Below the pieces are notes generated by a model, which searched no databases, was not told where the DNA came from, and worked only from the letters and a program-made list of their open reading frames with translations. The translations under genes were made by a program, and so were the position numbers. A stretch of DNA of 64,000 nt from Camelus dromedarius (lineage: Eukaryota), in the NCBI RefSeq assembly GCF_036321535.1, contig NC_087472.1:95048001-95112000 (forward strand), written 5' to 3'. Below, in pieces: positions 12,691 to 26,084 of this stretch (within the stretch, counting starts at the first letter, position 1; each line of letters starts with the position of its first letter).

Positions 12691-14468
12691 AGGAAACTTA
12701 TTCTTATAGTATATTATTCTGAAGCCTTGCCTTGGTAACTTGACACCGTTACGAATGAGTTATGCCATCTTGGACAAGTCACATAATTTTTGGAACTCAA
12801 AATTTTCATCTCTAAAATGGAGGTTTAAAAATAAGGGAGGGAAGGAATTAATGAGAGATTCTTTTTGTCCTTTTCAGCAGTAAGGTTTATTTTTTTAAAT
12901 GTTAATGTTCAGTGTTAAATTAATGGTAGCTTCAACTGATTACATTTCCTTAATGCCTGTTATCTCAGTACACATGGAGCTCAACTATCTGTGTCGAAAG
13001 AGACAATGATTCAACTTAATATGTTCACCCTGAAAGCAATATGATAGGAAAACATTCAGTTGCCAGCACAGCTGCACAAACAGCTTTAGGACCCTGAGAG
13101 AAGGGTGTTGTTGTCTGTGAAACAACAGGGGAGAAAAGATGCTTTAGGACAAGCAGCAGAGCCAGAAGTAAAGATGGCAAAATTGGCATCTCTCACCCTC
13201 TCAGCATCATTTTTCTACAAGTCCAGGAGACCTGGCTCTGCTGGTATTTCACAGTGGTACTCCCCTGTTCCTGGCTTTCTGTTGATGTGTTCCTCTTGCC
13301 TCCTTTAGTTTACCAGTACAGGTACATTGTAGGAGAAAATGACTTTGTAATGCCAGTGACACTACTTGCTAATTGCTGTGAGTGGAAGCAGAACGGAAGT
13401 CCTCTTGGTGGTAGTGGTAGAGCACTGATCACAGACTTGGAAATGAGCCATGTTAAAGGAGGAGTTACCGAAGTAGGCAGTAGGATCTTGGGCCTTTAAT
13501 CATCCTATGCCCTTGGTTGACTTGTGGCTCAGAGTGTATAATTTTCTGTGGTTCAGATCTGATGTATTGTGGTTGTGGAGAAAAGAACAGGGGGGAAAAT
13601 CAGTAGGAAAGCAAGAAGTACAAAAAGGCAATGCCTCCATGATGTGGTCGTTCCCTTAAAAGTAATTTCCTTGTTGTTTTATGGGCTATAAAATCTTTGA
13701 ATACTTCATTCTCTCACAGATTGCTCTTTAGATTTAAGTGTGAGCTCATAACAATGAAATATTTAACAACAAAATGTCTTTTAATGGATCAGCTCACTGG
13801 TGGGTCTGCAACACTGCATACTTAATTAAGAGACTGGTAACAGAGAGGGAAGACGCTATGAGCAGAGGGCAAAGTGTTTAGGAAACTCCTGTGGTTCTCA
13901 TCCAAAGTCAGAGGATTACTTTTGGAACTTCTCTAGGTTTGGAATACTGAATGTGAGTGGATGAGAAAGAAGAATTGCTCTATTGCATAAGCTCGGGACG
14001 GTGAGTGGGGGGGTTAAGGGGTTTCTATGGCATTTGTTGATTTTAATTTTTTTAATGTTTCATGAGAACAAACTCCAATATCACAAAACACAGATACAAA
14101 ATAACCTCTAATATGAAGACTTCGACCTTGACATCTTTTTTTTAACAGTGATTAACACCCTATTTAGCATAGATGTGTAGAAAAATAAATCCAGGAACTA
14201 AATAAAAATAATCAGTTAATTCTTACAGACTGTATGAGTATATAAGCCCTTGGATATGTTAACCATTTGAATAACTGGTTTCATTTTTCAGTATTTTTGG
14301 AATCTGAATGTTTTTCTCAAATGATTTTGCCCAAGCAGTATGAATAATTGCCTTTCTAGTTCATTTCTCTTTGTATTTTTTTTTCTTGGCTATTAACAAT
14401 ATTGAAAACACTGATAACTCTTATTTATTTGGGACAAATCTTAAATAAACTGGTAATTAAATGGTGGT

Positions 14469-14470
<2 letters not shown>

Positions 14471-14502
<32 letters not shown>
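14471..14502. repeat. (CAT)n microsatellite
   Basis: Directly visible. Confidence 0.95.
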
Positions 14503-15119
14503 TTCTACAGAAACATAACTGAAGTGCATATTATCTTCTTTGATAAGCAGAGGCCAAATCTTACTCAGTGAATGTCCGAAGCGCCCAGTATGGCATTTCT
14601 GCTACAGGGTGGTTTCTCAAGAAGTACCTGATAAATGAAGTTGATGATGGTTCTTCTTTATTTACCAAGCTCTTTTACATTCATTATTTAAATTCATAAT
14701 CACTACAGCCCTGAAAATGCAAGATGGTGAGATTTAAAAGGATTTGTGTATCTCCTAACACCATCATCAAACTATTCATTTGAATTTATTTCCCTTACAC
14801 CCTCTTGTCAACTGCTCATCCAGTTTATCCCCAAACACTCACCGTAGAGGGGAACTTTCAATTTCCTGAGACAGGCAATTCTTTTAGACAGGTTTCATTT
14901 ATTACCTTAGTAGCCGTGAGATTTGGTCAAATAATTTAATCTCTCTGAAGTTCTGTTTATTCCACTAGGGAAAAAATATGGAGTTAAAGCCCAACTCATG
15001 CAATTTTTGAATCAGTTACATACAGTTCTTTGTGAAAGGAAAGTTCTTTAAAAATAAGTTTCATCATCAACATCATCAAGTTTGGACAGCTTTGATGGCT
15101 TTCTCATTCTAGCTTTTCT

Positions 15120-15920
15120 ACTGCTGGCTCTTTAAGGCACAATGTCACCTCTGCTGTGAACCTTTCCTTCAACTTCCCAAGCATCTTTACATCTTTGTTT
15201 CATATAGTATTTTGTTACTGCTTCTACAACAGTCTGTGTTACATTGCACTGAAATATATTAATTCCTTTTTATGCCTCCCAGAATAGACCCTGAAATCCT
15301 AAATATTGCTGGAGTCCAGGGTAGGACACCCCGAAACATGCCTTAAGGGCATATTGATTATTTTGAGTTAAAGTTATTTCAGAAACGGCCAGTGCCAAGG
15401 CAAGAGGAACACTCTGACCCTCCTCTCTGTCTCCCTGAAAGCAGGAAATATATCTCTCAGTGAAAGGGAGGTAGAAGGACACCCTTATCACTAGAAATAG
15501 GGAATCTGGTGCCAAGAAGCCTGTATAAACAAACCTTTTGACTTCTTTAATTTACCACCCTAACTGCAAACTCTTCAGATTCTTCACTAATTAAGCACCC
15601 ACAGCCTAAGTTTCTTTGTCCTGTCAATTCCTCACAAATTTATTGTTTCTCTGTCTAAAAAGTATAAAAGCTGACTGCTTTGGCTACTTCTTAGGTCCCA
15701 TTTCTATGAGACCTTCGTGTGCACAAATTAAAATTTGTTTTTCTTCTGTCAATCTGTCTTGTGTCAATTTTATTATTAGTCCAGCCAGAAGATAGAGGAG
15801 GAAATTTCTCCCTACCCAACAATAATCAAAACTGTGTCTTATTTATATTTGTACCTTCAGTATTTAAAGTAGTGCCTATCACTCAACATGTATTTAATGG
15901 ATGAATGAATGGTTTAATGA
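15120..15920 (+). mobile_element. L2 3' end interrupted by an ERV1 LTR
   Basis: aatgtcacctctgctgtgaacctttcc before the LTR and actcaacatgtatttaatggatgaatgaat tail after it. Confidence 0.65.
15307..15821 (+). mobile_element. Solo ERV1 LTR (MER34-related)
   Basis: TG..CA ends, near-TSD atat/ataa, ggcatattgattattttgag motif, TATA-like agtataaaag. Confidence 0.85.
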
Positions 15921-16279
15921 ATAAGTGGTGTGAAGATCTTTCTCCTCATAGCTTGTACCCACTAACCTCAGTGTAATCTGTAATTTTAGACAGTTTTCAA
16001 CTTGAAGATTCTTAAAGTGTTTATAGGGGTTTTTTTCAACAATACTATATCAGAATTCCATTGACTACTTTTTGGTTTAAGTTTATGATAAAATTGATGG
16101 GTCATCCCAAAATAATCTCTCAGTAAATCTGCTGTGTAAGTATCATAGTGTTAACAGATATTGTTATTTGAGTTTATCCAGTCATCAACCAACAAATATT
16201 TCCCTATATACTAAAAGCACTAGATGGAAGCCATAATGAAGGAATGAATTCTCTGCTCTTTGAGAATTTAATAGGAAAT

Positions 16280-16712
16280 TAAAGGAGAGCAGAATTTGCT
16301 ACTCCAAAGTATGCCTCTTTGGCGTAAGGATTATTTTAGGCTGATTATTTTTAAGAATCTGCAGCCACAGAAGAACTCTGAAAACCCAGTAAAAGTTACC
16401 CTTTTGTAAGAGACATTTACATTTATAAGGGAAATCTCCATTTGCAAGCATGTCTCCCTCTCTGTACCAGGAAGAGAGGATGACTCAATCTCAAACTTTT
16501 ATCAATGGAGAGGCACCAATTTAGATATGCAAAATAACTTTACTCTTGCTTCCTGTGTTTTACCTGAAAACGTACCATAAACTGGCTCCCCCTTCCTAAC
16601 GTCATCTTTTGTTGTTAGCTGGAGATGGTATTTAACATGAGAACTTGGATCATTTCTGGGAGTTACTCAGTTTTCCTGGGTCTCTTCCATGTATATAGGA
16701 GATATACATGTA
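16280..16712 (+). mobile_element. MER34A-like ERV1 LTR, 3'-truncated
   Basis: agaatttgctactccaaagtatgcctctttggcgtaaggattatttt. Confidence 0.8.
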
Positions 16713-17439
16713 TACAGGAGATAGAAGAGTGAGAAGGCAGTGGAAAAGGAAGTCAGTAAGAGGAAATAATGGCGTGTGTAACAGAATTGCATCTCCATCT
16801 CTTGTGGGACTCATTTCACCCTAGTGCCTCATACTTTTACTGTTGGGGAAACTCAAATATTCTTCTTGGTCTAAAGACTCATAACCCTTTTCTCTTTGAA
16901 ATGCATCTGTCCTATACCTATTAAGCTTGAGCTCACAGTAGGAAGCTGTGCATACTGAAGCCAAAATGCAGGGTGAAAATAATAAGTGAAACTGGAGCTC
17001 TGAGATTTGCCATTTTAAACAATGTGATACAGCCTTTGCAACTCCTGTAGTAATGACAACAACAATTCTGTAATGGAATGTCCACATAGGTCCTGTAGAT
17101 AGCCAAACTCTAGGTTAGATGCCCACTTCTCTTCTTGCCATCCAGATGAGAACTCAGTTTATTTCTTTGTTTAAATTTATAGCTTTACAATATGTGAATA
17201 TGTCCCCAAATATATGCATTTGGCTCTGTTTTTATACCTTTTCCTAAATGAAATCATACTTAAGTACTTTCTGGCTTTTTAAACTCAGTAAAGTTTTGGA
17301 GATCTAACCATATTAATTCATGCTACTATAATTCATACATTTTACTTCTCTATTGTACTTATACAATTGAATGCAATTATATGAATGTGACACAAGTTAT
17401 AGTTCCATTTTATTAGCAATGTTTCATTGAGTTTGTATT

Positions 17440-17860
17440 AGTAAGAATTCACACAGGAATCAGATGGCTAACTCAGACTTAGTATGTTGATAGAGTTTAA
17501 TACAGGGGCTATTTTTCAAAGTGTAGTAGGGTTTCTGCAAACCAACAACGGATAATGCAACAGTGGATAACCTTCCCATCCCTGGAGACCTGAAGGGAGA
17601 GAAAGCAGTTACCCAGACCTGGAGAAGGTAGATATAGAGAAGGTGGAGGGAGAGGACTGCCTGACAAGAACTGTGGTCTTCATAAAGATAAAATGCAGCC
17701 AATTCAGGATGACCTCTCCAGGAGGTGATTCAGGAACTACTACACAAACTTCACCCTCCTTCAAACCTCTCAGTACTTGCTAGTGCCTCCCCTTGGATAG
17801 AAGTCTAGGGAGCCGATTGATGATGTCCAAATTGATCCCATCCAACTTCCAGGGTCAGTG
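17440..17860 (-). mobile_element. ERVL LTR (LTR40/41-like)
   Basis: aggaatcagatggctaactc..agagtttaatacaggggctattt..gcagttacccagacc. Confidence 0.5.
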
Positions 17861-17869
17861 TTGCTGCTG

Positions 17870-19950
17870 TGGTATGAACTTTATTGTGTTTGTCTCCTGA
17901 AGCAAAACGGTAAGAATTTAGAGTGTGTACCTAGGAGTTAACTTGCTGTGTCATCATTATCTGCACTGTCACCATTGCTTTGTAATGCCATATGGTTTTC
18001 CAAAATGTTTGTATGATTGTGTACTCCAGTCAGCAGTGTATGACAACTCCTGTTGTCATGCATTCTTAACATCACTTGATTTCTCAGACTTTCCTTTATT
18101 CTTAATAAGTTTGAGCAGTTTTTATTTTCTTGATATCTGTTTCTGGGAACTATTGTTCATGGTTCTTTTTTTTGTCAGTTTTGCTATTTTTCTTATTGAT
18201 TATGTATCTATCTTTAGATAAATGATTAATAGATGATAGATAAATAGGTAGATATTCCTTATCAATTATACAAATTGGAAATGGCTTCTCAGAGTACGTA
18301 TCCTGAATTCTCATTCTTTCTCCAGTGTCTCTTGTTAATCAAATATTCTTCATTTTCAGATAACAATTTTTTTCTTATGGCTATAGATTTTTAGTCCTGT
18401 TTGAGAAATTCTTTACCATATGATATCACTTATATGTAGAATCTAAAAAAAATGACACAAATGAACTTACTTACAAAACAGGAACAGACTCAGACAAAGA
18501 AAACCAACTTATGGTTACCAGGGGGAAAAGAGTGGAGTGGGAAGGGATAAACTGGGAGTTTGGGATTTGCAGATACCAACCACTATACATAAAATAGATA
18601 AACAAGCTCCCTCTACCATATAGCACAAGGAATTATATTCGATATCTTGTAATAACCTATAATGAAAAAGAATATAAAAAGGAATATATACATGTATAAC
18701 TGAATCACTATGCTGTATACCAGAAACTAACACAACATTGTACATTGACTATACTTCAATAAAAAAAATAAATAAAAATGAATGCTTTTAACAAGTAAAA
18801 GAAAAAAGAAAAAAGAAATTCTTCCCTGCCAAGGATTCATAAAGCTAGTTATCTATATTGTCTTCTAAAAGTTTTAATGTTTTATTTTTATAATTATCTA
18901 ATCAATTCAATTTTTGTAGTATATGAGAGTAGGGATGTAATTTGTTTTTCTGTGTAGGTTACAAATTGTCTCAGTGCATTGTTGAATAATCTATCACTCC
19001 CCAATTTCTGTGTTTTCCAGTCTTTGAATCAGGTCATATATTACAATACCAAATTTATGCCTTAATTAACACTGCTTTTAATGTCCTGATCTAGTTGCAC
19101 CAAATCTCTGTTCTGTTCTTCTTCAGGCTATTGTCTTTTGCTCTTATATAAACATGTTAGAATCAATTTGGGCATTACCATGAGAATCACTATTAGGATT
19201 TTGATTAAAATTATTGAGATCTAAAGATCATTTAGGTGTGTATTTAGAGCTTAACCATATTGAACAGCTTTATTGAAGTGTAACGTTCACACGTGTGTGC
19301 TGAATATTTTCTAATACCCATTATTTTTATTTGATCCATGGATTGTTTGAAAGTTTATTTTTTTAATTTCCAAGGATATAAATATTTAAAATTATTTTTA
19401 TTTTTATTAATTTAAAATGTAAGTGTATTGTGGTCAAAGAATATGATCTGTATGATAGTGTTCCCTTGAACTTTGGTGAGACTTGCTTTATCACCTCACA
19501 TAGGATCAGTTTCCTTAAATATTCCATGTGCTCTTGAAGAGAAATGAGAATAAAATTTTTGGTTTAGTATCCCATGTATATCACTTAGATGAAGCTTGTT
19601 AATTCCTTTTTTTTACTGATTTTTATAGACTTGATCTATTTATTATTGACAAATGTGTTGAAATCTTCCACTATGTTGATATATTTGTCTATTTCTTCTT
19701 TTAGGTTTGTAAATTTTGGGTATAGTTACATTGATACCATGTGTTGTATACACATAAGTCTAGAACTTGCATGTCTTCTTGGTGAATTGAAACTTCTATT
19801 GTTATGACATGATCCTCTTTATTTCAAGTAAGACATACTTAGTTGTTTTCAAGTCTATTTTGTTTGTTATTAGTTTAATCTGTATTAGCTTTTCTTTTTG
19901 TTCACATTTGCCTGGTGTGTATGATTCCACTCTTGATTTTCAAACTTCTG
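17870..19950 (-). mobile_element. Old L1M fragments, host of later insertions
   Basis: tgtattgtggtcaaagaatatgatctgtatgat; aatgtgttgaaatcttccactatg are antisense L1 ORF2. Confidence 0.7.
18414..18813 (+). mobile_element. 5'-truncated L1 3' end with short 3' extension
   Basis: taccatatgatatcacttatatgtagaatctaa plus 3'UTR; TSD AGAAATTCTT 18404-18413 / 18814-18823. Confidence 0.92.
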
Positions 19951-19964
19951 TATCTTAATGTTTT

Positions 19965-20134
19965 AGGATGTTTCTGTTGTTATTTGTTTGTTTTTAAATT
20001 GCAGTATAGTTGACATACAACATTATATTAGTTTCAGGTGTAAAACATAATGATTCAATATTTATATATATTGTGAAATGACCACCACAAAAAGTCTAGT
20101 TAACATCCACCAGCACACATAATGTGTGGAATTA
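19965..20134 (-). mobile_element. Short L1 3' end
   Basis: TSD tgtatcYtaatgtttt 19949-19964 / 20135-20150; ttgcagtatagttgacatacaacattatattagtttcagg. Confidence 0.85.
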
Positions 20135-23111
20135 TGTATCCTAATGTTTTGAGAGTCCTCTTTCTACATCATATATTGCTATATATAGTAACTTCAGGAC
20201 TAAATTTCTTTTAATTGGATACTTTTGTCCGTGCGTATTTATTAGATTGTTTGCTCAATTTAATTTATTTCTACTCTTAATTATTATGTTTTGTATATAT
20301 TCTGCTTTTGGTCATTCTTTTTATCATTTCCTTTTTGTCTTGTTTTTGATTAAGGTTCTTTTTTCCCCCACTCTTCAATTATTTTCTTCTAGTAGATTGC
20401 AATTTACCCTCTTTATATATAATCGTTTAGTGTTTACCATAGATATTTTAAGCACTAAAGTCAAGGTAGGTAATTTCCTTGCTGTTGTGTTGCCATCCTC
20501 TTCTGTGTGACAGGCTTATTTGTCATTTAACATCAGAATGAAGGGATAGCCTTCTTTTTAGACTCTGGAGTGGCAGACCACAGCTTTTCCTTATGTCTTC
20601 TAATCTTGATTGGGCAACAGAAAACAAACAAACAAACAAAAAACATTCAGATTCACCATGCTTCTACAGTTACCCTCACCTCAAAAACTTATGTTAATAT
20701 TCACCTTCCAGTTTTACCATTTTCATTTTGTTTTGAAGTTGGAATTATTTTCTTGCCTGCTCAGGAGTACATTCAGTTATATTCATGTATTTCATTCAGA
20801 TTTTTTTTTCACTATTCAGAGTTGCTTAGAGTAGATATCTAAGCCATCACATCACTAGGAATTCAAACCCCTCAGAAGAATTTTTTACATCTTTGTGCTT
20901 ATGAGAATGGGAACAGATGTATTTAAAATTTCAAACATAATCTCTTCAGTGGATCTCTAACTATTTTATTTCGACTTTGAAATATTAACATTCACAAATT
21001 AATATTTCTCAAAGGATCTATTATAAAATATTTGCTTCAGGCTGGTCCAGGACTGAGAAAGGTAATACATTTCTGAATCCTTCTGGAAATGGAATCTCCT
21101 ATTCAATTCTTCTTTGACTATGAATGCCCTTTCTGATTCCAGGGAGAGTCAGAAAAATGAAAGGCTTATTTATGAAAGTTCGAATTCAGAAAGTAAAAGT
21201 TGACAGCCTAAGAAGTAACAGCATCACGAGAACTACTGCAATTACCACAAGATAGCTTTCCTTGACAAAACTGAAAATCAACAATGTGGCCTAGGGAGAT
21301 TATAATAGTGTCTTTTGAACTGACACTTGCTCTGAATTTAGGAGGCTTTTGTAGATCTGCCCAGTCTTTTGTGATTAAGATCACCTCATTGCTAATCCCC
21401 TTCAACTACTGAGCAGGTAATAAGAATTTAGTGTAAACTTCTTGCTAGAATGACAGGAGGGTGACATTTTGTTCTAGTTAGTGTTAGATGATACAAAATG
21501 TGTCCCATCAACAAATCCTATTAATTAGAATGCCTATTTCACCCTACAGGATTTTCAGTTCAATACGTTACATTCTTGGAAAAATTGATTCTGTGTTGCT
21601 GAAAGAATGTTTGGAGGTAAGGTCAGCCGAAGTCCTGGAAATCAATCCTAATGGACAGGTTGTTGGTCCTGAAATCTAGCTGCTTCGTGATTAATGAAAC
21701 TGGTTGGCAACAAAAAGAGAAGGTGCCAGAGATTTCTATGCCCCATAAAAACTACTCATTAAATCAAGCTTCATATAACATTGATTTTGACAAAGGAGTT
21801 TTCTTTAAAGATATTCTGGCCCTTTCCAATGGGAGAGTATCACAGTTGTAAAAGCGTATGTATTTTCTCACAGACCTTTAAGCTTCCTTTCCTGTCAAAG
21901 GTAGACAGACATTTAAGTGGAAGGCTAATTTTCCTGAGAATAGATCAGTTCCATTATGCTATAACGTGAAAAACTCAAATTGGGGCCTTTTTGCTTAGTT
22001 TAGGGCACAAAAGGATGTGCAGAAGGCTTCTCAAGTTCCTCACAAAAATATCATAAATAATTTAATTAAAATAAAATATTTGAAAAATTATATTAGCTGT
22101 ATTACATAAAGAACTTTTGAAATTAGCAGGATTAGCAGCACCAAAATATATATAAATGTTTAATAAAAATGGACTGTTCACTTACTGCATATAGACACTC
22201 AATAAAAATTGCTTAATCTGCCAAAAAAAATCAAACTCATTTAAAAATACCTAGCTCTATATTACTAAACCAGTATAATCAGCAACATATAAGGTAGTAC
22301 TATGACCTCATTTTTCTCTGTATTTCAGCTTCTTCATCTGTATGACTGAGCTGTGTTCAAACATTTCTGTGATCTGTCTTGAATATTCCTTGAATCTGTG
22401 AATTCAGGTTCTTTTCCAAATGCTGTCCGGGTAATAAGTGGTCTCTATTATATAACGCAATGATTACATAACCTTTTGTTGAATATAATTCAGTGACACC
22501 CATACAAACCTTGGTCTTCCCAAGGGAGAACAAGACTCAATATCACAAATCTTTGATGAATTCAATGCTTAGGCAAAAGTGATAAATCACTAAGAAAGTA
22601 GCTCATATCAAGACTTTTTCTTTGTTGTTATTCACGTTTGCTTTTCCTGGAGGCACAACGTACACAGCCTAAACCTTTTGTTTCCATATCACACAGTTAG
22701 CCTTTAATGCATGCTGATGACGTGAATATGGAAATGTAAATAAATCCCATTTTTTACAAATTTCAAGGTTTGATGCAAAGAAAAAGGGGAAAATCAATGA
22801 AGAAAATAGAGAAAGAGAGTCCCTTTTTAATCTATGAGGATGCTGCGAGAAAGAACAAATGAAAATGAAAGATATGGGAGTACTAGCTCATGGATGGTTC
22901 ATTCGTTCAAAAACAAGTTGGGCCTTCTAGCATTTGTCTTTGCTCTTGTATATGCTGTGTGTGTGTTTGTGTGTATCTCTACTTAGATAAATATAGTATA
23001 AATGCATAGATACAATAAGTACCTCTGTTAATATAACAGAGGCTCAGTGTGTTTAGATATATTAGCATTTAAAACTATCTGACTCCAAATATGCTCCATT
23101 ACCTATATTTT

Positions 23112-23155
23112 GTTTTTCATTGAGATAAAATTGGTATATGACATTATATAAGTTT
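23112..23155 (-). mobile_element. 44-bp L1 extreme 3' tail insertion
   Basis: TSD CATTACCTATATTTT 23097-23111 / 23156-23170. Confidence 0.85.
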
Positions 23156-25228
23156 CATTACCTATATTTTTAATACTTTTAGTTTGCTGATTTTCCTTTT
23201 TCTTACCGATAGAAGAGGTCCCTGCCAGGAGGGAAATATATATAAATAAATATAAAAAATATATATAAATATGTAAACTCCAGCTCTTCCTCTTTGAAGC
23301 CTGTGTCCATTTTCTGAGATAATCACATCATTCTGCTATAATCACTCAGTCTTCTATCATGTTTTGTATCATTTTTATTTATGTTTTCCTTTTTGCTAAT
23401 TGGTACCATTTTTAAAGGTAGAAATCAGGTTTTATTCCTCTGCGTTGCTGGTGGGGGGAGGGAGTGCGGCAGGCTAAATTGAGAGAAGGAGAAATCAAGC
23501 ATTGTCCTCCCTCTTCTAAGCAGTTACTTCATGAATCAGCTTTGACTTGGTAATCTTACACCATTAAGGTCTGCATTGCCTTCTACCACATACATGACTG
23601 CTTCAGAAGTGGTCTTTAATTACGAAAATTATTTTCCAATTACATGGTATCAGTGGTAGACAATCATTTACACAGATGGGACAAATGAAGTCACACATAT
23701 TTCTGAGAATTGGGAAGAACATTAGCGAAAACAGTCCTGTGCGTGGATTTTACCCTAGATCTCTACCAAGCTAAGCAATTTATACCTTTTGCTCTAAAAA
23801 AATTTTTATAAAAATAAATATATGCTTTTTTTCCCCAAGCAAAATATGTTGAAAAGGAAAAAATAATCCACTAGATCTCTCTATGTACTCTGAATAATTA
23901 ATAGTTTGTCAAGAAAGGGAGGCTTTGGGAGAAGGGAATCATTTTCTCATTTTGGTAAAAATTAGCAAAACAGCAGCTTGTTTTGTCTGATTCTGCTGGT
24001 CTCTGAAAGGATGAAGTCCAGAAAAGGTATGAGTATTCTACTAACATGATCTATGGGGGGAAAAAGGCTTTATGATGGTCATAAATCTCACAGCCTCCGA
24101 GAAAAAGTCCAGAGTAGGCACGTGATGCCATCCAACTGACATATATAAATGATGCATTTTCGGCTAGAGACACAGCTCATCTCCATAATCCACACAACTG
24201 CTGAGAAGACAAGTGAGAAATGCAGTCTGTACAATGCCCTGGCTAAAACACAATAAACTGCAGTTAATCATTTATTGACCTCCCCCAACAATAAGCCCAG
24301 AAAGTAAATACCAACAGTAGTCTGCAATGATCCTGGGAATTTTGTGGGCGATCCTGCATTTATAAATAAAACCATGAACAACGACTAATACTGGCATCGG
24401 TGTGGAAGCATCAGGACTGTGCATTCCTTTTATTTCACTAGAATTTCATCCTCAGGAATGAAGTTTCACCTTATCTGTAAAGCTCTTACAGTAGTGAAAG
24501 AAGTTTTATTTAAACCTTTAGAAGCCAAATTTTCTTACAAGAACCCCCAGGACTCCCACTTGGTTAAATTTTGAACCAGAGGAAGGATTTCTGTAGAATT
24601 CAAGGAATTTGCTTAGTCTGTTCATTTGACAGTTTAGGGTACAGATGTCACAGGCAACAGGAGATCACTTTTGGAAATGGAGACACGCATGTTAATGTAT
24701 GGAAGAGCCCTCCATAGCATCCCACCATCTCCTCCTTCCTTCCAACATTTCACTCCCACCCAGGGTCCCTGAGACAGTGACCGCTTAGGAAGCTGGTGGG
24801 TAACTATAAACGGCGGCTCTCTGCTTCTTTTCTTTCAGAGTACAATGTTTTGTCCGTCTCCTCTTCACCACAGTTCTGATCCTCATCTTCCCTCCTGTCA
24901 TGCTGTTGTGCAAATCTAATTGTCCACTTATTCTACACTTTTGAATGAATAAATGAAGGCTGAGAATGCCAACAAAGAAAAGTTGCTGACCTCCTTTTAA
25001 GCGTTCATTAAAAATGTATTCAAATGGACAAAATCGTACAAAATGACTTTCTGATTTTCCAGCCCCCATAAATTTTAATTAATCTTTTCACATTCTAAAA
25101 TAATTTGTTGCTTCAGAGATCATAAATATTTATGATTTTCATCCTCTGGTCCATACATACCACAGGAATACATATTTGATATAATGAAAAATGTGTAATA
25201 TATACATACACGTCGACACATGTATACC

Positions 25229-25230
<2 letters not shown>

Positions 25231-25272
<42 letters not shown>
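25231..25272. repeat. (CA)~20 microsatellite
   Basis: Directly visible. Confidence 0.97.
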
Positions 25273-25274
<2 letters not shown>

Positions 25275-25610
25275 AACTAATTCCAACATCTCAGAATCTT
25301 ACAATGGAAAATAAAAGCTCACGTGCTGGCTAGCTCAGGTTAGTGTTTTAAGCTTTGGCCAGATTATTCACCCCCCCCCCCTTAATTATAGGAATGGATT
25401 ACTAGGTTCCTTCACATTTCATGACTTTACTTGAAGATGAAACTAACTGAATAAACAATTGCAAAGATATGCAGCACATACAAAATTCACTTCAGCTATT
25501 ACCTGAAATCACAGAGAAAAATTTTACACAAATTTTACCCTAGATATGATACATTTATTAGCAAAATCAATGAGGCCACCTGATACAAGAAGTCATCAAT
25601 TGTTTATCAT

Positions 25611-26084
25611 TGTGAACAAAAATACTGCAACCATATCAGTAAACAAAGAATGCTGAAACCAAGTCATCAGCAGCTGCCGCCACCCCCCAGTGAGGACAGG
25701 CCTGCAGCTGGCCCTCTGCAGCCACTCACAGTGGTGCCCTCTGAGCGGACTTAGAATAAGAAAGGACAGGATACTGGCCCTAGATAGCTAGATGCTTGTC
25801 AAAAAAATGAATTTAATTAGCCTAAATGTTTGCTTCCTCCCATCCACAGAAAAGCGCTAAATTCTTTAACTTGAGATGCGTGGTTTTCTTTAGATAACAA
25901 GTCATCTTTTATTGTTCCAACTACCTGGTCTTTGTTGTAAACCTCCTGTATATCCTAGCTCCTCCCCTACCTCTTCGGAGCAGTCCCTCAGAGCCATCTG
26001 AGAGGCTGTCATCCTGGCTCAAGTCCTCCCGCCAAATAAAACGTAACTCTCAACTTTTAGGCTGTGCATTTATTTCAGTCGACA
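25611..26084 (+). mobile_element. Solo ERV1 LTR
   Basis: TGTGAAC...GTCGACA ends, exact 4-bp TSD TCAT, AATAAA at ~26035. Confidence 0.92.

Noticed and set aside
13470..13530. Possible pre-miRNA hairpin (ggcagtaggat/atcctatgcc)
   Set aside because: Stem only ~10 bp and no match to a miRNA I recognise.
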